NCBI RefSeq assembly: GCF_006345805.1
Contig: NC_042999.1
Span: 148,676,001-148,740,000, forward strand
Origin: Octopus sinensis
Lineage: Eukaryota
Reading direction: 5' to 3'
Length of the DNA stretch: 64,000 nucleotides
Under the pieces are notes generated by a model that searched no databases, was not told the origin of the DNA, and was given only the letters and a program-made list of their open reading frames with translations. Positions 14,153-28,340 of this stretch are shown here, piece by piece (position 1 is the stretch's first letter; every line of letters begins with the position of its first letter). The translations under genes and the position numbers were made by a program.

Positions 14153-14933
14153 GTAATGGTTATCACATCTGCTTAACACACAGAAGGTCACTCACTAGAA
14201 CCTGTGTTTGTTTATATCTGTGCTTACATATACGAAAGTCACAATGTTCAAATGTTATAAATTCTCCAGTAATAAATCATTTTTTCATTTCATACCTTCA
14301 AAGCCCTTATTTGAACAAGGGGTAAGGGTCAGTGTCACAAAGGCCATCTGGCTGTAAAACAATACATCAATAACATATTTGCCTAACTCATGCTATCTTG
14401 GAAAAAATGAATGTAAAATAAACAAATGAAAACAAATATATGTAAGTCTTATGCTATAATACAGAACTGTGTATATCTAAAACATGTTGAGATTTTCCAA
14501 ACTATTTTAATGGAGTGCTTCAGATTGAACAAAGATTCAGTGTTGTAGAATAACTGCCAGAATGAAAGGGAGGTTTTAGATTAATAGAACGAACAAGATG
14601 CCATCTATTTCATAGAAGAACTAGTTGTTTAGATCTAGCGAGTTTAGAGATGAAAGAGAGAGATATAAGGTGGGTGTGTAGTGTTGTGTTGGAAGAAAGG
14701 GGTAAATACAATTGAGAGAGAGAAAGTGAGAAGCATGAGAGAGAGAGAATGAAAGAAAGGGGGTGAGTGGAGAGAAGGAAAGATTAAAAAAGTAGGGAGA
14801 GGTGAGAAGACAAAAGTAATAGAAGTGGAGAAAGAATATGAGAGAGATAGAGGGAGAAAGAGACAGAGCAAGATGGCATCTAGAATAGAGAAACTGAGAG
14901 AGGATGCTGGTAGAGAGGAAGGGGAAAAGTGTA

Positions 14934-15006
<73 letters not shown>

Positions 15007-18000
15007 TGTACCATGTAAAAAGCAGTCTGCTGGGTGGTTGGTGTTAGGAAGGGCATCCAGCTGTAAAAATCCTGCCAAAACAGCCACAGAAGTCTGGTGC
15101 AGGCTTCTGCCTGGCTGGCTCCTGTGAAACTGTCCCACCCATGCCAGCATGGAAGGCAAATGTTAAACGATGATTAGATAGACTGACAGGCAGGCAGACA
15201 GTTGGATAGATAGATAGAGAGAGAGGGGGGTTGAAATTGTTGTCAGCTTGATTCATCAGACTTTAATCAAAGACAATCCTATCCCTATCTTGACCATTCT
15301 CATTTTTATACATCAAGAACTACATTGTCTAATGTAAGCGGTGGGGTGCAAATAATGATGGAGATTTGACCACTAGTGACCACACAAATGCTTCCAAGAA
15401 TCATGATACAGAAGAAGGTGGAGGTTATGGTGTTGGATTGGAAAGGGTTAAATTCCAAAGACAATTTTACCTTGAATGGAAAATGCCTTAGAATAATATT
15501 TGCAGTCTTAAAAAAAAAAGTTAAAAACATTTTAATAAACTAGGTGCTTTCTAAAATAAAATAAAAGTTTTTTAAATGTACCATCTTCAATGATAAAAAC
15601 CTAAGAATATAATAGACACAACCCAATTTCAGCAACACATATTCAAGTAAAAAAAGAGAAGTCTTTAGTGCATTAAAACATGTAATAACAAGAGCACTCA
15701 GGGAACGCAAACCTCTGCCAAGGCAACACCAACTTCCTCTCAACAATTAGCTGGCAACAATCATGCTCAGATGTGCTTCTAATGTTCCACTGACACAAGT
15801 GCCAATCAGGCGGTACTGTCATCGGCCCAACACTCTACAAAATAATATTGATTTCACTACCCTAATAATATTGATTTCAAATTTTGGAGCTCGGCCAGCA
15901 ATACTAGGAGAGGGGGTAAGTTGATTACATCAACCCCAGTGTTCAACTGGTACTTATTTTATTGACCCCCAAAAGGATGAAAGGCTAAGTCGACCTCAGT
16001 GGAATCTGAACACAGAATGCAAAGATGGATGGAATGCTGCTATGCATTTTACCCAGCACTCTCCAAATAATATTAATCATATTTCTGTCCTTTATATTAA
16101 TAGCAAAAAAATATCTCGCACGAAGGAAAATATAAGATGCAGTGAAGTAGCAGTATGGAAGACTGTAGATGTTTCAGAACAAAGTCAACAGGAAAAGATG
16201 TTATGGAAGTGGTACTGATGACCTTGGTAAAGTCTCTTAGTAACGACAGCAGGAATAATGAAAAGACAGAGATTGTGGTTTTGTTTTTGTTTTTTGGGTT
16301 TTTTTTTGGTTTTTTTCTATATGAAAACCAATCACCAATTTTTCATAATAGTTGAAAGATTCCTCACAACTTGGAATAATTGATGTTGATGTTGTTTTGT
16401 TTCTGCTACTCATTCGCTTTCTATTCTTGCATTCTATTATGTGACATGAAAGAAAGAAAGAAATGGAAAGGAAAGACAGGAACAAACAAACAAAAAACCA
16501 ACAAGCAACTACAAGCTTTGCTTCCGTACAAACTTATAATGACAAAGAGTCATTTATGTTTAGGGGGCTTATAAATTGCATTCATTAATTCTGAACATGT
16601 TTATATTTACTATTGTGTTGGTATGAAACACCAGCAGAGGAGAAAATATGTAGGGCATAGGCGTGGCTGTGTAGTTAAGAAGTCGACTTCACAAGCACAT
16701 GTATCCCGGTTCAATCCCACAGGATAACACATACGGTCAAATATCTCCTGCTATAACAGCAAAATGACCAGTACTTTGTGAGTGAAATTTGATATGACAT
16801 AACCGGTGTAGAAATCTGCTACAATGATATTGTGTGTGTTTGTGTGCATATATATATAGAGAGAGAAAAGATAGATAAACAATAATAGATATAAGGAATT
16901 CACTTATATATGCCACTACACTCTCAGAGTGGTTAGCGCTAGGAAGGGCATCCAGCTGTAGAAACTCTGCCAGATCAAGATTGGAGCCTGGTGCAGCCAT
17001 CTGGTTCGCCAGCCCTCGGTCAAATCGTCCAACCCATGCTAGCATGGAAAGCGGACGTTAAACGATGATGATGATGACATATATTTATAGGATGTAAAAA
17101 TATATTTTTACAGCTGTTTCAAGTACTCAGTGAATGATCGGCATCATATTATGCAAACAGGTGGACATAGTGAGGCAACGTTACTCAGAAACATATGAAC
17201 AAAAATATGAGCAACTCGCATGAGACTTGATACATGAGTACCCTCTACATTACAAACCCCAAACATTCTCTCCAGGAGGAAGACTTGTCAAATATATGTA
17301 ACATTTCATACAGATAAATTCCTTGCATCTATAATTGTTTATCTTTTTCTTGTTTTATGCTTTGTAGAGTTTTAGCGCAACATATCAACCAAAGGAATTC
17401 TTTTCTTTTTTTTTTTCTTTGTTTTTTGTAACCCTAATACTCATTCTATTAGTCACTTTTGCTGAACTGCTAAGTTATGGGGATGTAAATACACCAACAC
17501 CATCATCAAGCAATGGTGAGGGACACACACACACACACACACACACATATATTTGACAAGCTTCTTTCAGTTTCCATCTACGAAATCCACTTACAAGACT
17601 TTGGTCGGCCCAAGGCTATAGCAGAAGATACTTGCAAAAGGTGCCACACAGCAGGACTGAACCTGGAACCATGTGGTCAGGAAGCAAGCTTCTTACCACA
17701 GAGCCATTTTCCCTCATTAATATCCACTTGTACTTTATCTTTCTTCCAACCAACTCTTCTAATCTTGGACTACCTTACTCTGATTAAGAAGTAGATTAAT
17801 GAGTCAGATTAAGAAGTTAGAGTTTAAGAATTTGATCAGTCTGAGCACTAATTTCATGGCTATATATATACAATGTTTGTATTATCAGCTTTTCACCCAC
17901 TATGTTATATGGTGGGAAATGGTATGAACCGTTTCCTGTAATTACATCATAATGATGCAAAACATCCATCAGGCATGCAAACACCCTACATTTGTTTTTT

Positions 18001-19050
18001 TTTTTTGTATGCCTGATGAGTAAGGGACAACATTATGAAGTAATTATACAAACAATTTGCAGTATTTCCCCATTAGACTGTATCATGTTATTTTCATTTC
18101 CACTAAACTGGTGTTGAGTGCTATTGTCTTATGTATGACACACAAGGAAAGGGAAAGTATCTTTGAAGTTTCAGCTCAAATGCAATCATCAGAATTTACA
18201 TAATAAAAAGAAACATTTATATCACATGCATGTGTGTGTGTGTATACATACACGCACACCTACGTATCTAGTTATCCAGACTTATAGACAGACATCTGTA
18301 TATGTGTCAAACACACACCTGTTGCCTGTCAGACAGACAGACTGGTAAATAGGAAGGCAGATATACAGATAGATACTTAGGTAGGTAAATGGATAGGCTA
18401 ACAGATGGACAGTTAGATACACAGGTAGAGATAAGTAGATAGGCAGGTAAACAGACAAATGAACAGATAGACAGGTAAATAGAGACAATTTTCTTGTATC
18501 TTTTTTTTTTCCTGTTATAAGTTATTGGATTTTTGCAAAAACTATATGTTAAATGTCTGTATTATGTCTATTTCATTTTTCATAACCAGCAGTATCCATC
18601 AATGGGTGATTAGTAAACACTATCCACTCCAGTGGAGACAACACTGATATGTTGTGACTGTCATGCATTTTCAAAGAGAAGTGAAATAATTCTAGACATA
18701 AGGAAAGACAACTAAGCTGCTTACTCAGCCAGCTGAGAACAAATCACCATTCTACATCACAGAGAATCTACTTAGTCATTCCAACTTGTTAGAAATTGTT
18801 AGAAATCTCCTTCAAAACACACCCCACCAACTAAAGAAAAAAAAGCAACATTAAATCACGAAGTCCTTGATAGCTCCAAAAAGACAAGATGGTCATGGTT
18901 GGAATGTCATTGAAGGGAAGTTTGATCAATCAGGGTCACCCCAATCTTCAACATTAACATATGTACAAGTAAACGAAATAATAGAAATTAAAGTTGTGGC
19001 ATTCATTCAACAATGGATATGAAAACATACAGCAGTCCATAATGGTTGCC

Positions 19051-19097
<47 letters not shown>

Positions 19098-20029
19098 GTA
19101 TGTATTTTTTTTTTTTATTAAAAAAAAAAAAAAACGGAATATTTTTTCTTCATTATCTTTAATTGTAGACTTAGTGAGATTTGGTGCAATATGCAAATTA
19201 GATTTAACAGGTAGAATTTTTAATGAGTTATTTAGACAGCAGAGAATTAAGAATAGTAATGTCACAAATCAAGTTAATTCTTGTAATAGGTATGAAACTA
19301 GCAGAATGATAATTACCAAGCTGGCACCACATAAAGAGCACTCACTCCAGCTCCATGTAGGAAGCACTTGTGCCAGTGCAACATAAAAAGCACATACAAG
19401 AGGCTTCTTTCAGTTTCCATCTACCAAATCCATGCACAAGATTTTGGTCTGCCCAAGGCTATATCAGAAAAAATTTGCTTAAGGTGTCACGCAGTGGGAC
19501 TGAACCCAGAACCTATGTGTTTGAGAAACAAACTTCTTAGTTATAAAAAAGAAACAAGTTCCCTAACTAGATAGTGCATTATGCCCTTGAGCAAAACACT
19601 CCACTTCCATGTTGCTCAGCAATCACTGACATTTGATGCATGGCACATTGTGCAGCTTGTTCAACTAAATTTCTTCAAGGTGCTGCCCCAGCATGGCCAC
19701 AGTCTAATGACTGAAACAAGTAAAAGGTAAAAGATAACCTTATAAGCAACACATGTCAAATTAATAAGCTGATCGTTTTTTTTTTTTTACATGTATTGGA
19801 ATTACTGAAATGGAGACCAAAGAGAGAAGGTAATTCTTCTGAATAAAAACTAAACTTAAATATGAGTGATAAGAATATGTGCTAATTAAAGCCTAAGGTG
19901 TTTTTTTTTTCTTGTTTTTTTTTTTCTGGTTTGTTTTTCTTTTAATTACGAGAGCAATAAACTCAAATGTTACTATAAATATTGTTTTGTACCTCTTGGC
20001 AAGGTACATAACTTTGCTTGCCTCAGTCT

Positions 20030-20500
20030 GTCAAGCTGCCAAATGAGATTTCACTACCTTTATGGATGAGTGGTTAGCAGCAGATAGAGGTTCTGTTTAT
20101 AAAAACAACTCCAATATCCAGATTTGCCTACTAACCTATCTATTTACTTGTATCCGGGTTTGTCTTGTATGCTTGGCTACATTTGCTAGTTGAAATGATG
20201 TCTCAGACAGCTACAATATCTATGCTGATTGAAGCCATATTCAACCAGCATACTGGAGAGAGATTGGATATTTTGGACCAGTCATCAGTATGCAACCCAT
20301 TGCTCAAACACAGAATCAGATTAACAGCAGCATGGATGAAAACCTCAGAGAATACTGACATAGAAAGCCAAACTAATATTTTCTACCATGAGTCCAACCC
20401 ATCTATGATTGTATGTAAAAATGGATGTCAAAATATTAAAACAATTTTAAAACAATCCTCTTTGAAGAATTTAATGTTAGCACCCAAATTGGGTCAAGAA
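20030..20500 (+). mobile_element. Possible Penelope-like GIY-YIG endonuclease remnant
   Basis: Across frames: LLTYLFTCI..., MSQT..., HIQPAYWR, DQSSVCNPLLKH, QTNIF..ESNPS. This loosely follows the Penelope 'IYLFTC..YIG.TSQ.L..RI..HIPA..SSA...HL' pattern. Weak and by eye. Confidence 0.3.
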
Positions 20501-21766
20501 TCATAGGAATGATGAAATCTCTAAGGGTATGTAGGCTTGCCTTAGACATTGTCTTATATAATTCTATCACTGGCTCCTACTGAAGAATGCCTAATTTTCT
20601 TCTCTGCTTCTTTTATCAGGGTGGCAAACGTTTTAACAGGTCTTAAATATTTTCTACCTCCTTACAAAATTAGTTCACTAAAATTTTGAGAAAGTGAAAC
20701 ATTATATAGGAACACATGTCTTACTGACATAAAAATTACACAGCTTCTATAAATATTCAATACTGAAGTCTTGAGATTCTCCCATCTTCCATCTCATTGC
20801 TTCTCCATAAGAGGTGGAGATAACAGAAGGAAAAAAAGACATATTTCGAATGATAAAAATTTTGACAAACTGAATATCTAGAATTAAATCTCCAATATAT
20901 AAATAAAAAATTTTTTTTTAATTCTAGAAGTCATTTAAGCAAATTTTTTCTCCCCTATAACAATATAAGGTTCATTTTCTTTCATGTCGCTGCCATCTTG
21001 AATTTTTTTACTAATTTTTATTGCATGAAAATATTTCAAGTGTATAATGATGGAATGTTGATAATGGAAGCAGCACAATAAACTCAATCTGTACAAGAGA
21101 GCCCTCTTTTTCCCCTACTTTTTAACAATTTTATTATCATTTTATTCCTATATTCTACTTTTTAGAGAGGAAATAAAATTATAAATAACTACAAAAAAAA
21201 AAATATTTCATTGAAAAAAATTATCTCTTCTTGAGTCAAAATCTTTCTCTCTTCCTTCCCAAGAGATACGAAGAATCTTATTTTCTGTATTTATTTTTAT
21301 ATCAGTCATTAAGATGAAAAAAATTAAAATGAGGTGAAACTGCTGAGCACAATTAATTTATATAAAGAAATTGTAAGGTTGATGAGTCAGAGTGAACCGA
21401 ACCGACATAAAACTATGAGATTTCATTTAGAACAATATACAAATCAGATACACACTCACACCGACACACAATCAATCTCTCTCTCTCTCTCGTACACACA
21501 AATCCCTTACACACACATATACAGAAAGTGATGTGCTATAATGTCTTTTCTCAATGAGTGATTTAAACGAGACAGAACTGAATGAATATAAGAGAGATGA
21601 ATAAATACATCACCTTTAATTAATAGGCTCTTGATGTAGGGGCTGTTCCTTGCATTTCCTAGTCTTTTTCTTTGATTATTGTTGTTCAAACTGAACAAAC
21701 AACATATCGTTAAACTTTCTAAATGAATGATATGGAAATAAACACATTTCAAACAACAGCCATAAT

Positions 21767-21803
<37 letters not shown>

Positions 21804-22171
21804 ACACAGCTCCATGCATACACATATATACACCCCAAGGGTGAGAAGATATTATTTGTGTCGTCAAAAATAGGATGCTTATTTCTTTATTGCCCACAAG
21901 GGGCTACACATAGAGGGAACAAACAAGGACAGACAAAGGGATTAAGTCGATTACATTGACCCCAGTGCATAACTGGTACTTAATTTATCGACCCCGAAAG
22001 GATGAAAGGCAAAGTCAACCTCGGCGGAATTTGAACTCAGAACATAACGGCAGACGAAATACCGCTAAGCATTTCGAACAGCATGCTAACAATTCTGCCC
22101 TTCCTAACACCAACCACTTTACAGAGTGTGCTGGGTGCTTGTACATGGCACCGCATGGGTATGTATGTGTT

Positions 22172-22212
<41 letters not shown>

Positions 22213-22408
22213 TGTATACTCATCTAATGAGTATGACCATTGCTGACAGATTGACTTGTAACTGGTTATTTCTACAAACATGAGATTGACAGTGACTCAT
22301 GAAACTGGTGAAAAACTTACAATTTGCTCAAATGCTGCAAACTGAATTCATGTTTTTTGGCCCAATAGTTAGGCCTCTAAGGTGAGAGATCATTAAGGGT
22401 CTTCATAC

Positions 22409-22462
<54 letters not shown>

Positions 22463-22921
22463 TTGAGCTCCCATGCTAAAACAGATATTGGGGCTTAGAG
22501 CAGTCCTCTGGTTCACTGGATCCTGTCAAATCATCCAACCCATACCAGCATGGAAGAAGACAGATGTTAAGTGATGATGATTTCAATGCCATCGTGGAAA
22601 AAAATAAACAGTTTATTCATTTTGAAGGAGGGGGGTGTTCCACTACCACCACACACACACAAACACACAGAAACAACAACAGAGACAAGTAATAATAAAA
22701 AAAAAGAAAAAGAATCTGTATAGGTCAGAGAAGAGCTTCAAATGACAGAGATAATGGTAAACTTCAACAAGAATAACTATTATTGCTGCTGTATTGCAGT
22801 AACAACAGATAAATAAGAGACAATCACAGCAACCTTAGAATCATAGCAGCAATCATAGAGTGAGTAGTTCTAGAAGTAAGAGCATTAGCTGTAGTAGAAT
22901 GTTGGTAATAGAAGTTATAAT

Positions 22922-23210
22922 AACAAGAGCACTCAAGAGAGTGCAAATCTCCACCAAGGCAACACCAATGTCCTCTCAATGATTAGCTGGAGATGATTTT
23001 TAGAATGAGAATATCTGAAACAAACTTGACTGCTCTCACAAACGAGAATACTAAAAATGAACCCAACTGCTCTCAAAAAATTAAGTAAAACAAATGGAAA
23101 AATAATCCAGAATCCTTGTCCAGTACTGGATCGATCCCAAAATCTAATCAGTTCATGCCAGCCATGAGGCCAAACATCTCCGAAAGTTCCACCTGAATCC
23201 ATCCAGTGGT
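22922..23210 (+). mobile_element. Helentron/DINE-1-like non-autonomous element (partial second copy at about 15685-15785)
   Basis: Starts taacaagagcactca..; contains 'cccaaaatctaatcagttc' and 'aatccatccagtggtt' segments recalled as typical of such elements; the 5' part is repeated at 15685. Confidence 0.4.
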
Positions 23211-23899
23211 TCTCAAGGCAGAGGTAATAATAATAGTAATGCTAGATGTAATGGTATAGTTGTTCTAATAATTATAGTAGTAGTAGTAGTAGCAGCAGCA
23301 GCAATAACTAATTGTATTCAATTTCATGGTTACATCATCAAAACCATCAACAATTTATAGGTTTGGTAATAATCTCTTAGAACATTTACTTCTTATCATT
23401 CCAAAGCAGCCTTAGGGAGTGAACACTTCGTATAACACAGCAATGAAGGCGGGAAGAGAGGATGGAGGTTAAGGAGGACGACAGCTTGTTGCTGCCAGCA
23501 ACTTTGATAAATAATTGAAGACTTGGTTGGCTTATTCCTGGATGTAGAATCACAGCTGAAAAAATAAAACAAAACCAAATCATAGTTGTCACGGTGGAAG
23601 TGGTTGCTGTAGTTTATTCTCAAGCCAGCTTTGCTCTGATCAAGCAAATTCATGATCAAAGACAGTCCAGCTGTTACCATTTTGACCCTCCTCACCATCC
23701 TCTCCATTTTTTTTTTTTGTTTTTTGGCAGAACTACGTTATACATTGTAAGCTTTTACTGAATTTTTTTTTACTATATGGTGTGTCTAATATTAAGTGTG
23801 ACTGTTATTTCTAGTAAGTTATGTTACCACACAGAGGATATTTCTTTGATTCCTATGTTCATAGTTGATTGATATGGCAGTCTCAGTGTGTCCTTGTCT

Positions 23900-24053
23900 T
23901 GCATTTAAGATCACACACACACACACAGATATACATACACACTTATTCTCTCTCCCTTTCTCTCATACACACACACACACACACACACACACCACACACA
24001 CACACATATATATATATATATACATACAAATATACACATTTGATGTCTCTTTT

Positions 24054-24102
<49 letters not shown>

Positions 24103-24162
24103 CATACAAATATACACATTTGATGTCTCTTTTTCTCTCTCTCTCTCACACACACACACACA
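23900..24162. repeat. Compound CA/TA/CT microsatellite with a tandem about 78-bp duplication
   Basis: catacaaatatacacatttgatgtctctttttctctctctctctcacac occurs twice (about 24022 and 24100). Confidence 0.9.
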
Positions 24163-24652
24163 AACTATATAGCTTTAAGTATCATTTAAAAGAATGCCTG
24201 GAGGGAATTAACAGATGGCATTACTAGAAACAGGGCAGACATACACACACAGAATGTAATTCAAAGAACCAGTCTTCAGAGACATGGCGGTCACTAATTA
24301 AAAAATATAATTACTATTTTCAGGTGTGTTGAGGTAGAAAAAGAGAGATGAGAACAAATGAAGGGTGGGAGAAGGAAAGAGAAAGTGGGTGAAACAAAGA
24401 GAGGCAAGATATATGTTAAATGAAAAGTACAAAAGGATAAATGTAACAAAAAAAAAAAAAAAAACCTTTTTTAACTCTATCAACAGGTATGCATCTTACC
24501 TAGACACATTTCTTTCTCTCTCTGTATATACAATGTAAATCTTTACTGAATTTTTTTTACATGGTGTGTCTAAAATTAAGTGTGACTTATTTCTAGCCAG
24601 TTAAATTACCACAATGAGAAGAACAAACAGCAGGAAGGAACCATACATTATA

Positions 24653-25038
24653 TCTCTCTATATATAAATGGCAGTTTGTCTGTGCGTGTTTCTGTGTGTC
24701 TGTTTGCTTGTACCCTCACCCTGACCACGGCTTTCAACCGATTCTGATGAAACTTGACACACACATAGCCCAACGTCATAATTCAAAACTAACGCAACGA
24801 AAATTTTGAAAAGTTCCCCCAGTTCTGAAAAAATCAATAAATTCGACATGGGGTCGAGAATCAGAAACACGAACCACAAACTGTCTAGGGGACGCAACTC
24901 CACCTTTTTTAAATCTCAAAAAAAAATTTACCATCATTTTTTTTCCATTTTTTTTGCTATTTTTTGGCTATCACTCTCTAAAAATGTTTTATAGTTATTT
25001 CCCTTACAAACCTGAGCAACGCCGGGCGATACTGCTAG
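24653..25038 (+). mobile_element. Non-autonomous Helitron
   Basis: 5' A|TCTCTCTATATATAAA, 3' subterminal hairpin cctgagcaacgccggg followed by CTAG|T, no TSD, inserted at an AT dinucleotide. Confidence 0.75.
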
Positions 25039-25055
25039 TATATATATATATACAA

Positions 25056-25285
25056 GGCGGCGAGCTGGTAGAAACGTTAGCACGCCGGGCGAGATTCGTA
25101 GCCGTATTTCGTCTGTCGTTACGTTCCGAGTTCAAATTCCGCCGAGGTCGACTTTGCCTTTCATCCTTTCGGGGTCGATAAATTAAGTACCAGTTACGCA
25201 CTGGGGTCGATGTAGTCGACTTAATCCCTTTGTCTGTCCTTGTTTGTCCCCTCTGTGTTTAGCCCCTTGTGGGTAGTAAAGAAAT
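25056..25285 (+). mobile_element. tRNA-derived SINE family 2 (Meta/MESC-like central domain), full length
   Basis: ggcggcgagctggtagaaacgttagc (A box) ... gagttcaaattcc (B box) ... gactttgcctttcatcctttcggggtcgataaattaagtaccag ... aaagaaata; inserted in (TA)n. The domain name is from recall. About 20 copies or fragments in the window. Confidence 0.82.
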
Positions 25286-25904
25286 ATATATATATATACA
25301 TAAAAATTTATCTTGACTTATTTCAGTTATTAGACAGGTCATGTTGGGGCACTATCTTGAAGAATTTTTATTCGAATGAATTCACCCCAGTACTTTTTTT
25401 TCTTCTTTTAGACTAACACTTATTCTCTCAGACTCTTTGTCCAAACCGCTGAGTTACAGGGATGTAAACACACCAACACCAGTTCTCAAGCAGTGGTGGG
25501 GATGGACAAACACAAGCACAAAGGCACACATACATATTTTATATAAATAGGAAATAGTATTGTAATAATATATTTTTTATATAAAACCTTTTCACTGATC
25601 TCGGTTCCGTTTATGGCTGGGGCTATTGGCTGAGTATACAGGCATTAATGTAGCAGATATTTAAAATTTAGTCTCTTCAGTAGACCTAGCTGATGACGAC
25701 CAATCAGTTTTACAATAATAAACGTATTCTGAAAAGTCTGTAAACTTGGGTGCTAGGTTGTCGATTTCTCTGACGTTCTTCCTAGAGGTCAGATGAAAAA
25801 TTTTTATATTCACCACCTGCACACATCTTTGCTTCCATACATCCACTATTGAACATTTAAATAATAAAAGACAAAGTCAACCTTGGTAGAATTACCACCA
25901 AAAT

Positions 25905-26172
25905 CAGTGGTTCCCAAAGTGGGCAGTACTGACCCCTTAGGGGTGGTGGAAAGATCCGAGGTGGGGTGTTGAAGAAAAGTGGGATGATAATGAGGTGATA
26001 GATGTAAAAAGAAAAAAATATTAATAGGTTTAAGTTTTATTTGTGAAATACAGTTGTTTTGAATTTGCTGCAGAAAGTGGTCTACATTTGTGGTAGGGAG
26101 CGGGGGGAGGGCACTACGAATGTGGCCTGGTTGCCAAGGGGGCGGTAGCCTAAAAAAGTTGAGGAACTACTG
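25905..26172. mobile_element. hAT-type MITE
   Basis: TIR CAGTGGTTCCCAA / TTGAGGAACTACTG; flanks accaaaat and acctaaat (7/8 TSD match). Confidence 0.7.
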
Positions 26173-26964
26173 ACCTAAATAACAACACTTTCAACAACAA
26201 GCACTAGGCCTGAAATTTGGGGGAGAGAGCACTTGTCGACTACATTGACCTTAGTATTTGACTGGTACTTATTTTATCAACCCCAAAAGGATGAAAAGCA
26301 AAGTTGACCTCGGTGGAATTTGAACACAGAATGTAAAGACAGACAAAATGCAGCTAAGTATTTTTCCCTGCGTACTAATGATTCTGCCAGTTTGCTGCCT
26401 TTATAACCTAAACAATAATAATAATATTCTTTTCTACTCTAGGCACAAGGCCCAAAATTTTTGGAGAGAGGGTAAGTTGATTAGATCAACCCCAGTGCAC
26501 AACTGGTACATAATTTATCGACTCCGAAAAGATGAAAGGCAAAGTCGACCTTGGTGGAATTTGAACTCAAAACAATGATAATAATATTTTGTATTTCAGG
26601 ATAGTCTTTTTCTCTTTTTTTATTCTAATTCATGTCCATTGTCCAGAAATTTTTCATCACACATCTGTGACCTCCTCAGCAACACTTCTTGTGTGTGTTC
26701 TTGCTCTGCTCATTCCATTTTCTGGACAATGGGCAGAAGTTAGAATAAGAACAGTAATAAACAAAGTGAGCAACAAATATACAAAGTGCATGTATCTATT
26801 TGGCAAAAAAAAAAAAAAATGACCATCCCAAAATACAACAATATCTGTTTCAACACATGACTTCACATCAGGAATCTTGTGACACAGATTCATAAACATA
26901 ATAATAATAATCTTTTACATGATATGTAAACAAACATAAGTTTGTTTTTGAAGTATTGAAATGT

Positions 26965-27204
26965 ATTGTAGAACAAGTAGAAAGATGAATTTTTTTTTCA
27001 ACACATAAATACTGAACAGTATATACAAAGGATAAAATCCTTTTAAGAGCAGAAAAATTTGCCACCAACTGGTACTTAATTCATCAACTCCGAACGGATG
27101 AAAGGCAAAGTCGACCTCTGCTTTTAAAAAGATTTTATCCTTTATATATACTGTTCAGTATTTACGTGTTGAAAGAAAATTTATCTTTCTACTTGTTCTA
27201 CAAT
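26965..27204. repeat. Inverted repeat (about 88-bp arms) around a SINE fragment
   Basis: 26965-27053 versus the reverse complement of 27117-27204: 6 transitions and 1 indel. Confidence 0.9.
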
Positions 27205-27969
27205 AATCTTTTCTATTATAGGTACAAGGTCTGGAATTTTGCTCAGCTGGTAGTTATTTCATTGACTCTGAAAGAATAAAAGGCAAAGTGAACCAAAGCT
27301 GAATTTGAACTCAGAACATGAAGATAAGATGAAATTCAGCCAAGCATTTTGTTCAGTGTACTTAACAATTCCGCCAGCTTGACATCTTACCCCCTTAAGC
27401 ATTTAAATTGGCTACACCCAGCCCAAATATTCGACATGTTTAAAGTTAAAACCAGCCAGATCAGGTCCCCTCACACCTACCCTACAATGTCATTCTAAAA
27501 ATAAACAACCACATCATCGTAATCCAGAAGCTTCAAGATAATACATCATCGATCCAAAATAAGCATTACATTTGACTGAGTAATCTTAATGCTAAAGCGT
27601 AAATACTAATAATAATAATAAACCAAAAACCATACCAAATCAATTGGAAGGAAGAATTTCCATGAATTTTTTCTAGTTCACTGAAAGAACACTGCCACCC
27701 ACCACTACCATCACCACCATGCAAAGAAAATTGAAGTGAATGAATCTAAAAGGGGGTAAGGGAGTTTCTTTATTGAAATGACAGCAGCCAAACCTTCCTA
27801 ACTTATAAAGGGAAGGATACATTGGTTAGTATAGTTTTAGAATAGCCAACATATGAAAACAGACTAGATGATCACATTTGATCATATCTACACAATCAGT
27901 GCTGGTCTTGAGTTAAATAGGTTAAAAGAGGAGTTCAGCATACTAGGGGGCTTTATGAGCAAGAAATGG

Positions 27970-28340
27970 AGCAGCTAGAAACAGTAGCCAAATACCCATC
28001 AAAATCCATCTCACTGCCTTAAAAAAAGTAGAAAATCACATTAAGACTACCAGAAAACGAATATGACCAAAGTTGGAATGCCTTCCATTGTAGGTCTCCT
28101 AGATAGGACTGACCTAGGGTTAAAGAACCATCACTGTGCCAGGCCATACCAATTTTTTTTTTAAATAACAGCCTCAGTGTAGCTCAGTTTGTGAGACACA
28201 GTAAAAAAATTTTTAAATCACACCCTACTGTCTCAAAATAGAAGGGAAAATTGGATAATGTCGCTGTAATTATACAAATAGATGGTATTGTCCAGGCTGG
28301 AATGCCTTTGATCATAAGGTTTGCTGAATCAGGACTGCTC
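27970..28340. repeat. Unclassified old dispersed repeat (..ttagaaatagcagccaaatctccc...ggctggaatgcctttgatcatagg..), two copies here
   Basis: Diverged copies at about 325-440, 7540-7680, 9670-9830, 18780-18950, 27780-27910, 28700-28850, 31070-31250, 31480-31640, 39110-39260 and 45455-45610. Confidence 0.65.

Noticed and set aside
23396-23592. Strong minus-strand acceptor at about 23573 with two open frames
   Set aside because: Both frames end in stops without a good donor, and no protein is recognised.
25683-25760. ACCTAG-CTGATGA...GAAA...CTAGGT hammerhead-like arrangement
   Set aside because: A stem I and core are present, but there is no stem II, stem III is misplaced, and the triplet before stem I is GUG (not NUH).
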